64,000 nucleotides of DNA from an uncultured Bacillota bacterium (GCA_937975235.1 CALJUZ010000064.1:9306-73305); one strand, 5' to 3'. Shown: positions 34,431 to 44,129, numbered from the stretch's first letter. Translations and numbers: made by a program. The notes: generated by a model not told the origin, from the sequence alone.

Positions 34431-35678
34431 TCAGCCGCCCGCGGCGTCGGCGGCCAGCTCCGGCGCGGGCGCCACGGCTTTCACGCTGGCCGTCAGTTCC
34501 GCGTCCACCACCCGGATCAGGAGTTCGTCGCCTGCCGCGACCTGGCCGCCGCGCCGCACCACCTGGCCCGTGTCGGCCCGGCGGGCCACGGCGTACCCCC
34601 GGGCCAGCGTCGCCACCGGGCTCAGCGCGTCCAGTTTGCCCGCCGCGGCCGCCAGCGCCCGCTCCCGCTGATCCAGCATGTCGCGGGCCGCGCGGCCGGC
34701 CCGCTCCTCCGCATCGTCCACCCGCTGGCGGTACTCCAGGAGGAGCTCCCCCGGCCGGGCCAGCACCGGCCGGCTCTCCAGCAGCCGCAGGCGGGCCCTG
34801 CCCTGCTCGATGCGCCGCCGGACACCGCTCTGAAGCCGCTCGTACTGCCCTTGGATGTGAGCCAGCAGCGCCCGCTTGTCCGGCACCGCCATCTCCGCGG
34901 CCGCGGACGGCGTAGGCGCCCGCTTGTCCGCGACGAAATCCGCGATGGTAAAGTCGGTCTCGTGGCCCACGGCCGAGATGACCGGAATCCGCGATGCGGC
35001 AATGGCCCGGGCCACCCGTTCGTCGTTGAACGTCCACAGGTCCTCCAGGCTGCCGCCGCCCCGGCCCACGATCAGCACATCCACGCCGCCGTGCTCGTTC
35101 ATGAGCCGGATAGCGCGCACGACGCTGTCGGGTCCCTCCTCGCCCTGGACGACGGCCGGCGCGAGCAAAATCGGCATATTCGGAAAGCGGCGGCGCGTGA
35201 CGCTGATGATGTCCCGCAGCGCGGCGCCCTCCGGCGACGTGACGACGCCGATGCGCCGGGGCAGCACGGGAAGCGGCCGCTTGCGTTCTTCGTCGAACAG
35301 CCCTTCCGCGGCCAGTTTTTGTTTCAGCTGCTCGAAGGCCAGCGCCAGCTCGCCGTGGCCGGCGGGCACCATCTCCCGCACGTACAGCTGGTAGTCGCCC
35401 GCGGCTTCGTACACGCTGACGTCGCCTTTGGCGATGACGGCTTGTCCGTCCGCGGGGCGAAAGCGGAGCCGCATGTTTTCCCGCCTGAACATGACGCAGC
35501 GCAGCCGGCTGTGCTCGTCCTTGAGGGTGAAATACATGTGGCCCGACGAATGGTGCTTGAAGTTGCTGATCTCACCCAGCACCGCGACGCCCGCCAGGCG
35601 CGGGTCGCTGGTGAGGCGCTCTTTGACCATCGCGGTCAGCTCGCGCACGCTGTAAATCTGCGGTTCCGATGCCGCCAC
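34431..35678 (-). CDS. xseA: exodeoxyribonuclease VII large subunit
   Basis: 415 aa: OB-fold N terminus (YSVRELTAMVKERL...GEISNFKHHSSGHMYFTLKD) and catalytic core (GVVTSPEGAALRDI...RGGGSLEDLW.FNDE). GTG start. Confidence 0.95.
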   Translation of the reverse strand: MAASEPQIYSVRELTAMVKERLTSDPRLAGVAVLGEISNFKHHSSGHMYFTLKDEHSRLRCVMFRRENMRLRFRPADGQAVIAKGDVSVYEAAGDYQLYVREMVPAGHGELALAFEQLKQKLAAEGLFDEERKRPLPVLPRRIGVVTSPEGAALRDIISVTRRRFPNMPILLAPAVVQGEEGPDSVVRAIRLMNEHGGVDVLIVGRGGGSLEDLWTFNDERVARAIAASRIPVISAVGHETDFTIADFVADKRAPTPSAAAEMAVPDKRALLAHIQGQYERLQSGVRRRIEQGRARLRLLESRPVLARPGELLLEYRQRVDDAEERAGRAARDMLDQRERALAAAAGKLDALSPVATLARGYAVARRADTGQVVRRGGQVAAGDELLIRVVDAELTASVKAVAPAPELAADAAGG

Positions 35679-35706
35679 CTCCCCGCTCCGTCCGGCGCCG
35701 GTCCCG

Positions 35707-35877
35707 CTATCCGTCCCCCGCGCCTCCGCCCCGGGCGGCGCGGCGCTGCAGCCAGACGTCGGCGCCCGCCCCCGCCAGTACGCCCACGGTCACCCACAGA
35801 GGGTACCCGGGCGGCGCGAAGCTCCCGATCACGAATCCCAGCGCGGCTCCTGCGGCGATTTTCCACCACATAGTCAT
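35707..35877 (-). CDS. small hypothetical membrane protein (56 aa)
   Basis: ATG 35877 preceded by GGGGAGGTG. MTMWWKIAAGAALGFVIGSFAPPGYPLWVTVGVLAGAGADVWLQRR has two short hydrophobic segments. No family recognised. Confidence 0.4.
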   Translation of the reverse strand: MTMWWKIAAGAALGFVIGSFAPPGYPLWVTVGVLAGAGADVWLQRRAARGGGAGDG

Positions 35878-35987
35878 CGGCACCTCCCCGGTTTGGTGGA
35901 TGACTATGCGGCGCATGCGGACTCCTATGCCGCGGCGGACGTCTTTTCCCGGACCGCGCCCCGCGCGGCGCCGGCCGCGCCCGCGGT

Positions 35988-37079
35988 TCAGCGCTGTTCG
36001 CCCGGCGAGCCCAGCCACACGGCGCCGGCCAGCGCGACGCCGATGGCGTTGTCGACGCTGCAGCGCGGCGCAGCGAAAACGCAGCGCACGCCCAGCGGTG
36101 AGAGGGTCTCGGACAGCCGCCGGCGCAGCGCCTGGTTGGCCATGACGCCGCCCACGCCCAGAAACAGCGCGGGGGCACCTTCCGCCAGCACCTGGGCCGC
36201 CCAGCGCGACAAGCTGGCCGCGACGCACTCCTGGACCGCCGCGGCCACGTCCGCGGCCGCCACCCCCCGCTCCGTCAGCCGGGCCGCGGCCGTGTCGGGC
36301 CCGGAGAAGCTCAGGCGATGCCCGCGCACCGCCACCGGCAGCGGCGCCGCAGCCGGATCACCCTCGGCGGCCAGCCGCTCCAGATGGGGACCCGCGGGAA
36401 AGGGCAGTCCCAGGCGCACGCCCGCCCGGTCGATGAACTGCCCCGCGTACAGATCCTCCGACGCCGCCAGGGATTCGACGATCCAGCGGGCCGAAGCAAA
36501 CGGCTCTTCCGGCCCGTCGCCGGCCCGCCGCGTCCGCCGGGCCCGCAGCAGCTCCGTGGTGCCGCCCGATGCGTGCAGGACGACCACGTCGTCCACGTCG
36601 CGCCACAAAGCCGCGGCGGCGCCGTCCGCTTCGGTCCCCCCGGGCGCCGCCGACCACAGTCCCGCCCAAATATGGCCGTCCTGATGGGAAACGTCGATGA
36701 AGGGAACGCCGTGCCACGCGGCCAGGGCCCGGGCGAAGCCGGCGCCGGCCCGGAAGACGGGCATGTACGAGTCGGGCCGGGACCGCGGCGCGACGCTGGC
36801 CGCCACGGCCGCCAAAGGCAGCGCCCCGCCGCCCGGGCTCGCCGCGCCGGCGGACGCTGCCAACCAGGCCGCGGCGTCGGCCGCGGCGGCCTCCAGCAGC
36901 TCCGGCAAGCGGGTGACGTGCTGAAACACCGCGTCGGACTGGCGCAAGCCGCGCCGGCCCGCGGGCACCGCCAGCACCTGCCGGCGGTCGCTGACCAGCC
37001 GGCCGTCCACGGTCACCACGGCCACGGAAGTCGTGTACGCGCTGGTGTCGACTCCCAGCACCAAACGGTCTTCGCTCAT
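35988..37079 (-). CDS. TsaD/Kae1 (peptidase M22, ASKHA fold) family protein, divergent paralogue
   Basis: LGVDTSAYTTSVAVV, SHQDGH (HxxxH metal motif), HASGGTTE, DLYAGQFIDRAGVRLGLPFPAGPHLERLA, GGVMANQALR, CSVDNAIGVA follow the TsaD/Kae1 motif order. ATGA overlap with the nusB stop. Confidence 0.7.
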   Translation of the reverse strand: MSEDRLVLGVDTSAYTTSVAVVTVDGRLVSDRRQVLAVPAGRRGLRQSDAVFQHVTRLPELLEAAAADAAAWLAASAGAASPGGGALPLAAVAASVAPRSRPDSYMPVFRAGAGFARALAAWHGVPFIDVSHQDGHIWAGLWSAAPGGTEADGAAAALWRDVDDVVVLHASGGTTELLRARRTRRAGDGPEEPFASARWIVESLAASEDLYAGQFIDRAGVRLGLPFPAGPHLERLAAEGDPAAAPLPVAVRGHRLSFSGPDTAAARLTERGVAAADVAAAVQECVAASLSRWAAQVLAEGAPALFLGVGGVMANQALRRRLSETLSPLGVRCVFAAPRCSVDNAIGVALAGAVWLGSPGEQR

Positions 37080-37498
37080 GGCTCTTCCGCGGCGCGGCGC
37101 CGCACCAGCTCGCCCAAAATGCCGTTGACGAACTTGCCCGATTCGGCCTCGCCGTACTTTTTCGCCAGCTCCACCGCTTCGTTCACCGCGACGCTGTCGG
37201 GAATGTCCGGCCGATGCAAAATTTCGTAGACGGCCAGCCGCAAGATGTTGCGGTCCACCGCCGCCATGCGCTGCACGGTCCAGTCCACCGCCAGCCCGGA
37301 GATGACCGCGTCGCTTTCGTCTCTGTGCGCCAGCGCGCCCTCGGCCAGCTCCCGCGCAAAAGCCGCGTGCTGAGGCGCCAGGTCGGCTTCGGCCAGCACG
37401 TCCTCCAGCACGCGCTCCAGCGGGATCTTCCCCAGATCCACGGCGAACAGCGCTTTCAGCACGGCTTCGCGGGCCAGCCGCCGGCTCACGACGACCAC
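37076..37498 (-). CDS. nusB: transcription antitermination factor NusB
   Basis: 140 aa: RRLAREAVLKALFAVDL...VDRNILRLAVYEIL...NEAVELAKKYGEAESGKFVNGIL. Confidence 0.95.
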   Translation of the reverse strand: MVVVSRRLAREAVLKALFAVDLGKIPLERVLEDVLAEADLAPQHAAFARELAEGALAHRDESDAVISGLAVDWTVQRMAAVDRNILRLAVYEILHRPDIPDSVAVNEAVELAKKYGEAESGKFVNGILGELVRRRAAEEP

Positions 37499-37501
37499 TC
37501 C

Positions 37502-37726
37502 TCAGCGCCGGCGCCGCACGAGTATGTCATACAGTCCGTCCCAGCCTTCACGATCAACCAGCGCGCCGATGAAAAAGCCGGCCGCGACGAAGGCCGCCGC
37601 CAGCATGCCTCTCCAGAATCCGTAGCGGATGACGAGCCAGCCCAGAATGAGCCCGAACACCGCCCCCACGATCTTGCCCTTATGCTCCAGAAACGCTGCA
37701 AGGAGCCCCTCGCGGTCCGTCGTCAT
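37502..37726 (-). CDS. DUF2273 small integral membrane protein
   Basis: 74 aa with HKGKIVGAVFGLILGWLVIRYGFWRGMLAAAFVAAGFFIG. Usual partner of amaP/asp23. Confidence 0.75.
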   Translation of the reverse strand: MTTDREGLLAAFLEHKGKIVGAVFGLILGWLVIRYGFWRGMLAAAFVAAGFFIGALVDREGWDGLYDILVRRRR

Positions 37727-37739
37727 GGCCGGTCGCTCC

Positions 37740-38279
37740 TCACTCCACCCGGGCCTTGTGCCCGGACGCGATGTTGCGCACCGCGACGCTGACCCGCCCC
37801 ACGGGCACGCCCACCACGTCCTGTACGTGCCGGGTGACGCGCTGTTGAACCTCCGCGGCCAGCTCGGGCACCGGCCGCTCGGACGTCACCAGCACCGAAA
37901 GGTCCACCGTCAGCCGGCCCTCTTCCTGGCCCAGGCGCGTCGTCGCCTCCCGCACGCCCCGGATGGAGGAGGCGGCCTGAAGCACCAGCGACTCCACCGC
38001 CCGCAGCGAGACCGACACGTCCCCCAGCTCGCCGGGCAAGGCGATGTTCCCGGGCTCGGTCTCCCGCTGTCCCGCCAGGGCCAGCAAGTAGACGCCCACG
38101 GCCGCCGCCAGCAGGCCCGTCAGCGCGCTCTCCAGGCGCGCCGCGCCCCGGGCGGCCATGATGACATCGACCGCCCACAGCACGCCGTTCCAGCCGGCGG
38201 CCAGACTCAGCGCCGCCACGCCGAACGCCAGCGCCAGCAGCGCCGCCAACGCAATGACGAACCGGTCCATTACCCGCAT
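37740..38279 (-). CDS. amaP: alkaline shock response membrane anchor protein AmaP
   Basis: From ATG 38279: two N-terminal TM helices and an Asp23-like C-terminal part (VSVSLRAVESLVLQAASSIRGVREATTRL...). Directly follows asp23. Confidence 0.75.
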   Translation of the reverse strand: MRVMDRFVIALAALLALAFGVAALSLAAGWNGVLWAVDVIMAARGAARLESALTGLLAAAVGVYLLALAGQRETEPGNIALPGELGDVSVSLRAVESLVLQAASSIRGVREATTRLGQEEGRLTVDLSVLVTSERPVPELAAEVQQRVTRHVQDVVGVPVGRVSVAVRNIASGHKARVE

Positions 38280-38283
38280 GGCA

Positions 38284-38688
38284 CTACTTGACCCGGGGAT
38301 CCTCGGGCTGCTCCTCCGCTTGCGCAAAATGCACGCCCTGCACGTGGACGTTGACTTCGACCACCTGCAAGCCGGTCATGCTCTCCACGGCCCGCTTGAC
38401 GTTTTCCTGGATCTTCCACGCCACTTCGGGGATGCGCACGCCATAGTCAACGATGATGGACAAGTCCACCGCGGCCTGCTCCTCCCCCACTTCGACGCGG
38501 ACGCCTTTGGACAGGTTCTTGCGGCCCAGCATCTCCGCGACGCCGCTCGCGATGCCGCCGCTCATGCCCGCGACGCCTTCCACTTCCGTCGCGGCCAGCC
38601 CGGCCACGATGGAAACGACCTCGTTCGCAATCCGAATTTCGCCCAGGTCACTGCGTTCCGCCGCATTCGACACGTGTATCGCCTCCAT
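38284..38688 (-). CDS. asp23: Asp23/Gls24 family envelope stress protein
   Basis: GEIRIANEVVSIVAGLAATEVEGVAGM...KGVRVEVGEEQAAVDLSIIVDYGVRIPEVAWKIQENVKRAVESMTGL. Confidence 0.9.
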   Translation of the reverse strand: MEAIHVSNAAERSDLGEIRIANEVVSIVAGLAATEVEGVAGMSGGIASGVAEMLGRKNLSKGVRVEVGEEQAAVDLSIIVDYGVRIPEVAWKIQENVKRAVESMTGLQVVEVNVHVQGVHFAQAEEQPEDPRVK

Positions 38689-38694
38689 GCCTTG

Positions 38695-40047
38695 TTACGA
38701 CGCGCTCAACAGCCGGCGCCGCTCGATGAAATCGGTGGACAGCTCGCCCCGCTGAAACGCTTCGTCGTCCATCAGCTTCAGGTGGAACTCAATGTTCGTC
38801 TGAATGCCCTCGACCACCAGATCGTGCAGCGCCGCCCGGCAGCGGGCGATGGCCTCGGCCCGGTCGCGGCCGTGCACGATGAGCTTGGCAAACATCGGGT
38901 CGTAATACGGCGACACCAGCGCGCCGCTGTACACGCCGGAGTCGAAGCGGACCCCCGGACCGCCCGGCGCGTGGAGGAGCGTGATGCGTCCCGGCGACGG
39001 CATAAAGTTGCGGTCCGGAATTTCCGCGTTGATGCGGCATTCGATGGCGTGCCCGTTCCAGGCGATGTCTTCCTGCTTCCACGGCAGCGGCTGGCCCGCG
39101 GCGATCAAAATCTGCTGCTTCACGAGGTCGATGCCCGTCACCATCTCGGTGACCGGGTGCTCCACCTGAATGCGGGTGTTCATTTCGAGGAAATAAAAGT
39201 TGCCGTCCTCGTCCAGCAGAAACTCCACGGTGCCCGCGTTCATGTAGCCCACCGCCCGGGCCGCCCGCACGGCCGCTTCGCCCATGGCCGCCCGCAGCTC
39301 GGGCGTCACCGCCGGCGACGGCGACTCCTCCACCAGCTTCTGGTGGCGGCGCTGGATGGAGCACTCGCGCTCGCCCAGATGGATGACGTTGCCGTGCTCG
39401 TCGGCCAGCACCTGGATTTCCACGTGGCGCGGGCGAAGGATGGCTTTTTCGATGTACACCTCGGGGCTGCCGAAGGCCGCCTGCGCTTCGGTCCGGGCCA
39501 CCTGGAACGCCTGGGCCAGCTGCTCGGAATGGTGCACGACCCGCATGCCCATGCCGCCGCCCCCCGCGGCGGCTTTGATAAGGACGGGATAGCCGATCTC
39601 CTCGGCGACGGCCGCGGCTTCGTGGACGTCGGCCACGGGCCCGTTGCTGCCGGGGATGACCGGCACGCCCGCGGCCCGCACCGTCTCCTTGGCCGCGGCT
39701 TTGTCGCCCATGCGCTCGATGCTCTCGGGCGCGGGCCCGATGAACTTCATGCCGTGGCCCGCCACGATTTCGGCGAAGTGGGCCTGCTCGGACAAATAGC
39801 CGTAGCCCGGGTGGATCGCGTCCACGCCCGCCAGCACCGCCGTGCTCATGATATTAGGGATGTTAAGATAGCTCTGCGAAGACGGCGGCGGGCCGACGCA
39901 GTACGCCTCGTCGGCCAGAAGAACGTGAAGCGACTCCCGGTCGGCCTCCGAGTAGATGGCCACGGTGCCGATGCCCAGCTCACGGCAGGCCCGGATGACG
40001 CGCACCGCGATTTCGCCGCGGTTGGCGATGAGCACTTTTTCAAACAA
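38695..40047 (-). CDS. accC: acetyl-CoA carboxylase biotin carboxylase subunit
   Basis: 450 aa: [23 protein letters not shown]-grasp core, [17 protein letters not shown] start. Confidence 0.97.
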   Translation of the reverse strand: MFEKVLIANRGEIAVRVIRACRELGIGTVAIYSEADRESLHVLLADEAYCVGPPPSSQSYLNIPNIMSTAVLAGVDAIHPGYGYLSEQAHFAEIVAGHGMKFIGPAPESIERMGDKAAAKETVRAAGVPVIPGSNGPVADVHEAAAVAEEIGYPVLIKAAAGGGGMGMRVVHHSEQLAQAFQVARTEAQAAFGSPEVYIEKAILRPRHVEIQVLADEHGNVIHLGERECSIQRRHQKLVEESPSPAVTPELRAAMGEAAVRAARAVGYMNAGTVEFLLDEDGNFYFLEMNTRIQVEHPVTEMVTGIDLVKQQILIAAGQPLPWKQEDIAWNGHAIECRINAEIPDRNFMPSPGRITLLHAPGGPGVRFDSGVYSGALVSPYYDPMFAKLIVHGRDRAEAIARCRAALHDLVVEGIQTNIEFHLKLMDDEAFQRGELSTDFIERRRLLSAS

Positions 40048-40068
40048 AGCTTGTCCCCCCGACCGGGC

Positions 40069-40527
40069 TCACACTTTCTCGATGACGAAAAGCGGCTGCC
40101 CGTACTCCACCGGCTGCGCGTTCTCCACCAGAATCTCCTTGATCCGGCCGGAGACTTCGGCTTCGATCTCGTTCATGAGCTTCATCGCCTCGATGATGCA
40201 CAGAGGCTGGCCCACTTCGACGACGTCGCCCACTTTGACGTACGGATCCGCGTCCGGCGCGGGCGCCCGGTAGAAGGTGCCCACCATGGGCGCCGTGACC
40301 ACGGTGGTGTCGGACGCCGCGGCGGGCTGCTCCTGCGCAGGCGCCTGGGGCGCCGGAACGGGTGCGGGCGCCGCCACGGGCGCGGCGGGCTGCACGACGG
40401 GCGCGGCCGCCGCGGCCTGGGCGCCTTGCCGGATGGAGACTTTGAATTCGTCCGTTTCGAGCTCGAACTCGACTACGTCCGTGCCCTGCAAGATGTCGAT
40501 GAGCTGCTTTATCTGCTCGAGATTCAA
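40069..40527 (-). CDS. accB: acetyl-CoA carboxylase biotin carboxyl carrier protein
   Basis: Start TTG 40527, 7 nt after AAGGAGG ([13 protein letters not shown]...). Pro/Ala linker and biotinylation motif EAMKLMNEI. Confidence 0.9.
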   Translation of the reverse strand: MNLEQIKQLIDILQGTDVVEFELETDEFKVSIRQGAQAAAAAPVVQPAAPVAAPAPVPAPQAPAQEQPAAASDTTVVTAPMVGTFYRAPAPDADPYVKVGDVVEVGQPLCIIEAMKLMNEIEAEVSGRIKEILVENAQPVEYGQPLFVIEKV

Positions 40528-40561
40528 AGAGCGTTCCTCCTTGGCAGTCCTCCCCGTTATC

Positions 40562-41230
40562 TTACCTCCCTGACGAAACGCCGTCAACGATAGTCACCGT
40601 CTCCCGCTTCACGCCCGCAATGCGGTGGGTCAGCTCGCCGATGAGCGCGGCCGCGGCCTGGTCCAGCACCGCGTCCACCACCACGTGGGCGCCCGCAGGG
40701 CTCAGCACCGCCACCGCGTCGTACCCGTGGGCCCGGAGCAGCTGTTCGATTTCCAGCTCCCGTGCCTCCAGCTCCCACAGCGCCAGCAGTTCCTCATGGG
40801 CCTCCCGCCGCCGCGCTTCGCCGGCGGCCGGGTCCAGCGCGGCCGCCTGCAGCAGCTCCGCCTGGCGCGAGCGCAGGCGCTCCCGCTCCAGGCGCAGGTC
40901 GTCGAAAGGATGAGACCGCGGCGGCGCGGAGGCAGGGCCTTCGGCCGCGGCCGGCGGCGCCGGCGTCAAGGAGACGGCGGCCGAGTCGTCCGCCGCCGGG
41001 CCCGACGCCGCCGCCGGCACGGCCAGTACGTCCGCGTCCGCCGGGGGCGCGACGGCGTCCGTCGCGGCCGGCCCGGGCGGCGCCTCGCCCTCCGGACGCT
41101 GCTGCCACCACGCGGCCAGCGCCAGGAAACCGACGGCCAGCGCCAGCAGCACCGCTTGCCAGGCGCGCCGGGAAAAGGTGACGAAATACACCCGGCCGCC
41201 GCTGTTTTCGCCTCGCACCGCTGCGTTCAT
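40562..41230 (-). CDS. spoIIIAH: stage III sporulation protein AH
   Basis: N-terminal TM, Pro/Ala-rich linker, C-terminal region ([28 protein letters not shown]) typical of SpoIIIAH. Last gene of the spoIIIA operon. Confidence 0.8.
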   Translation of the reverse strand: MNAAVRGENSGGRVYFVTFSRRAWQAVLLALAVGFLALAAWWQQRPEGEAPPGPAATDAVAPPADADVLAVPAAASGPAADDSAAVSLTPAPPAAAEGPASAPPRSHPFDDLRLERERLRSRQAELLQAAALDPAAGEARRREAHEELLALWELEARELEIEQLLRAHGYDAVAVLSPAGAHVVVDAVLDQAAAALIGELTHRIAGVKRETVTIVDGVSSGR

Positions 41231-41303
41231 CGTCCTCGCTCCCTTCCGTTGAACTTCCCCTGCAGCCGTCGGGGCGGGCGCCGTCCCGCCCCTTGATGCG
41301 TCT

Positions 41304-41918
41304 TCACGGCTGCCGCGGCATGACGTACACCCGGTGGGCCGGCAGCCCCAGCAGCGTCATGACCGCGCGCGTGATTTCGTAGCGCCGCCGCGCGTCCCGG
41401 GCCGCATCGGTAATGACCAGCACCCCGGAAACGACGGGGGCGTGTTCCACCAGCACCACCGGTTCCTCCCGGCGCTGCTGGTCGCTGCGCACCAGCACCG
41501 GCTGGGCCGACCGCCGCTCGTCCAGCACGACGTCCCCGGTGCCCGCCGCGCCGGGAGCACCGCCGGTGCGGCGCTCGGTGGTCACGTGCTCCGCCAGCAC
41601 TCGCCGCGGGCCCGTCTCGACGGTGACCGACACGTGCACCGGAGCCGCACCGAAAAGCTGTCCCAGAGCGGCTTCCACCTGTCGCTCCAGCGCCCGCGCG
41701 TAGTCGTCCGCGGCGCCCGCGCCGCGGGCCGCGCCCGCCGCGGGCGCGGCCGGATCCAAGTGCGTTCGCTGGCCCACGTCCCCGGTCGGCCTCGGTCCAA
41801 ACGTCAAGAGCACCACGCCTGCTGCCAGCAAAATCAGCAGGTGGCCGAGATAACGGCGCTGCCCGTCGCTCAGCCGCCAGCGCCGCGCCCATCCGCGCAG
41901 GGGCTCCCGTTCCGTCAC
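41304..41918 (-). CDS. spoIIIAG: stage III sporulation protein AG
   Basis: TM anchor plus YARALERQVEAALGQL...VHVSVTVETG...SGVLVITDAARDARRRYEITRAVMTLLGLPAHRVYV. GTGA overlap with spoIIIAF. Confidence 0.85.
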   Translation of the reverse strand: MTEREPLRGWARRWRLSDGQRRYLGHLLILLAAGVVLLTFGPRPTGDVGQRTHLDPAAPAAGAARGAGAADDYARALERQVEAALGQLFGAAPVHVSVTVETGPRRVLAEHVTTERRTGGAPGAAGTGDVVLDERRSAQPVLVRSDQQRREEPVVLVEHAPVVSGVLVITDAARDARRRYEITRAVMTLLGLPAHRVYVMPRQP

Positions 41919-42442
41919 CGCTGCATGCCTCCTTGCCCACCGTGCTCCGCGGCCCGAACCCGCACCTGTTCGGGCCGGAGGCCGAGGTAGCCGGCGATGA
42001 GCCGGACGGCTCGATCCGCGTCCACGGGCCCGTCCGCCGGCCCGACGGTCGCGTCGATGCCCTCGATGCCGCCGTCGGGCCGCCAGCGCACGTCCAGCTG
42101 CTCGGGCGCCGCGCCCAAGGCTAGCTCCACCACGCCCGCCACGTGCTCGTAGGCCCGCCGCCGGCCCTCCTCCGCCACCCGCTCCAGCGCCCGCCGGGCC
42201 AGGAGCTCGCCCTCGGCCGCCACGTTCTCCGCGCCCTGCGGGAAACCGCCGAACCAGTCCGCGTCACCCGGGTCCCAGCGCAGCAGCTGCAGCGCCGGCG
42301 CCAGCAGCGCGCCGATGACGACCAAGCCCGCCATGAAGCGGACGTAATCCCGCAGCCGGTTTTCCGGCAGGAGCATGTACGCGGCGCTGACGAAAAAGAC
42401 GACGACCACCAAATCCCGCACCCAGCCCGCCAGCCAGCCCAC
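41915..42442 (-). CDS. spoIIIAF: stage III sporulation protein AF
   Basis: WVRDLVVVVFFVSAAYMLLPENRLRDYVRFMAGLVVIGALLAP matches the SpoIIIAF N terminus. GTG start after GGAAGGAGGGA. Confidence 0.8.
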   Translation of the reverse strand: MGWLAGWVRDLVVVVFFVSAAYMLLPENRLRDYVRFMAGLVVIGALLAPALQLLRWDPGDADWFGGFPQGAENVAAEGELLARRALERVAEEGRRRAYEHVAGVVELALGAAPEQLDVRWRPDGGIEGIDATVGPADGPVDADRAVRLIAGYLGLRPEQVRVRAAEHGGQGGMQR

Positions 42443-42463
42443 GCCGCAGTCCCTCCTTCCGCG

Positions 42464-43684
42464 TCAGCGGACCAGCGCCGCCCAGTTGCCGATGCCGACG
42501 ACGACGGTAATGACCACGAAAAACATCAGCGCCGCCGCGGCCACCGCCGCCATGAGCAGCGTCAGCGTCTGGGCCATGGCGCCCAGCGCGTCCACCAGGC
42601 GGGGATCGCTGATGGGCTGCACCACGGCGGTGGCGACGCGGTAGATGATGACCAGGGCGAAGATCTTCATCAGCGGAAAAGCCAGCAGCACCAGCAGCGT
42701 CGCCATGCCGAACGCGCCGACGGCGTTCTTGATGAGCAGCGAGCCGCCCAGGACGACCTCCATCGCGTCGGCCATCATGCCGCCGATGACCGGGATGAAC
42801 GAGCCGGCCAGAAATTTGGTCGTTCTCAGCGCGATGCCGTCGGCCACCGGCGCGATGGCGCCCCGGATAACCATGACGCCCAGAAACAGCGTCAAAAACA
42901 GCCCCAGGGCCGTCGTCGCGGCCTGCCGGAGCAAATCGGCGATGCGAGAGACGGGAAACCCGGCCGCGACGCGGCCCACCACCCCGAGCACCGCCGCGAA
43001 AAACAGCAGCGGAAACACGACTTGTTCGATCAAGCTGGCCACCAGCGTCACCACCGTCAGGAGCAGCGGATGAAACAGGGCGGCGCTGGAGACCGCGCCC
43101 ACCGCGGCCAGCATGGTGGACAGCAGGGGCAGCAGCGCCAGCATAAAGGCGCTCATGTCGGCCAGGACGCCCCGCCCCACCTCCGCCGCCGCGGAGAAGC
43201 TTTGCAGCGCGACGAAGATGATGACCATGTACGCGACCAGAAATCCGAACTCCGTGGCCGCCGGCGAAAAGGAGCCGGCCGCGTTGTGCAGCAAGGCGCA
43301 CAAGACGGCCAGCACGATGAGCTGTCCCAGCAGGCGGGACTGCAGCAGCACCTCGGCCAGCAAAAACCGCGTCAGCTCCCGGAGCAGCTCCGCCGGGTGC
43401 AGCCGCAGGCCGCCTTGCGGGTCCACGATGACGTCGCGGACGCTGCGGGCAGGCAGCCGTTCCCGGACGTCGTCGTCCAGCCCCGCCAAAATCTCCTCCA
43501 GCGGCCGCAGGTCTAGGTGGCGCACTTGCTCGTCCACCGCCGCCTGCAGCGGATCCAGCGAGTCCGCCGGGCCGGCCGCGGGCATTTTCACCGGCACTGC
43601 GGCCGCGGGCCCGGGCGTCCAAAGGGCCGCCGTCACCACCAGCAGCGCTGACGCGACGACGATGCCCCTCCGCCTCCTCTGCAC
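42464..43684 (-). CDS. spoIIIAE: stage III sporulation protein AE
   Basis: 406 aa polytopic membrane protein with signal sequence, in position five of the spoIIIA operon. Confidence 0.9.
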   Translation of the reverse strand: MQRRRRGIVVASALLVVTAALWTPGPAAAVPVKMPAAGPADSLDPLQAAVDEQVRHLDLRPLEEILAGLDDDVRERLPARSVRDVIVDPQGGLRLHPAELLRELTRFLLAEVLLQSRLLGQLIVLAVLCALLHNAAGSFSPAATEFGFLVAYMVIIFVALQSFSAAAEVGRGVLADMSAFMLALLPLLSTMLAAVGAVSSAALFHPLLLTVVTLVASLIEQVVFPLLFFAAVLGVVGRVAAGFPVSRIADLLRQAATTALGLFLTLFLGVMVIRGAIAPVADGIALRTTKFLAGSFIPVIGGMMADAMEVVLGGSLLIKNAVGAFGMATLLVLLAFPLMKIFALVIIYRVATAVVQPISDPRLVDALGAMAQTLTLLMAAVAAAALMFFVVITVVVGIGNWAALVR

Positions 43685-43735
43685 CCGGCTTCGCCTCCGT
43701 TTCGCCCCGGCCGTGGCGAAGGCCCTGTCCGCCGC

Positions 43736-44125
43736 TCAGGGCAGAATGCGCAGCAACGTGTCCAAAATACCCGTCAGCACCGGCAGCGCCAGCAGCGCGA
43801 TGATGATTTTGCCCGCCAGCTCGATGACCCCGCCCAGCGCCTCCTCCTTGGCGTCGCGGCAAACCTGGGCCCCGAAGGAGGCCACGTACGCCACGCCGAT
43901 GACGCGCAGCACCGCGTCCACGTAGGCCGTATTCACCTGCGCGCGCCTCCCCAGGTCCGCGAAGGCGCTGACAATGCGTTCCAGGGAAGGCGCCAGCAGA
44001 AGCAGCACGCCCGCGACGAAGGCCGCCATCAGCTGCACGGCCACCGCGGGATACCGCTCCCGTAGCACGACCAGCACCACCGCGGTCACCACCGCGGCGC
44101 CGACGATGCGGGCCAGTTCCGGCAT
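43736..44125 (-). CDS. spoIIIAD: stage III sporulation protein AD
   Basis: From ATG 44125: MPELARIVGAAVVTAVVLVVLRE...VIGVAYVASFGAQVCRDAKEEALGGVIELAGKIIIALLALPVL. Confidence 0.9.
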   Translation of the reverse strand: MPELARIVGAAVVTAVVLVVLRERYPAVAVQLMAAFVAGVLLLLAPSLERIVSAFADLGRRAQVNTAYVDAVLRVIGVAYVASFGAQVCRDAKEEALGGVIELAGKIIIALLALPVLTGILDTLLRILP

Positions 44126-44129
44126 GGAA

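Noticed and set aside
38660-38672. Spo0A-box-like heptamers (TGTCGAA / TTCGACA) at about 2134, 18411, 38665 and 56106.
   Set aside because: All lie inside coding regions and are not positioned relative to promoters. They are consistent with chance occurrence.
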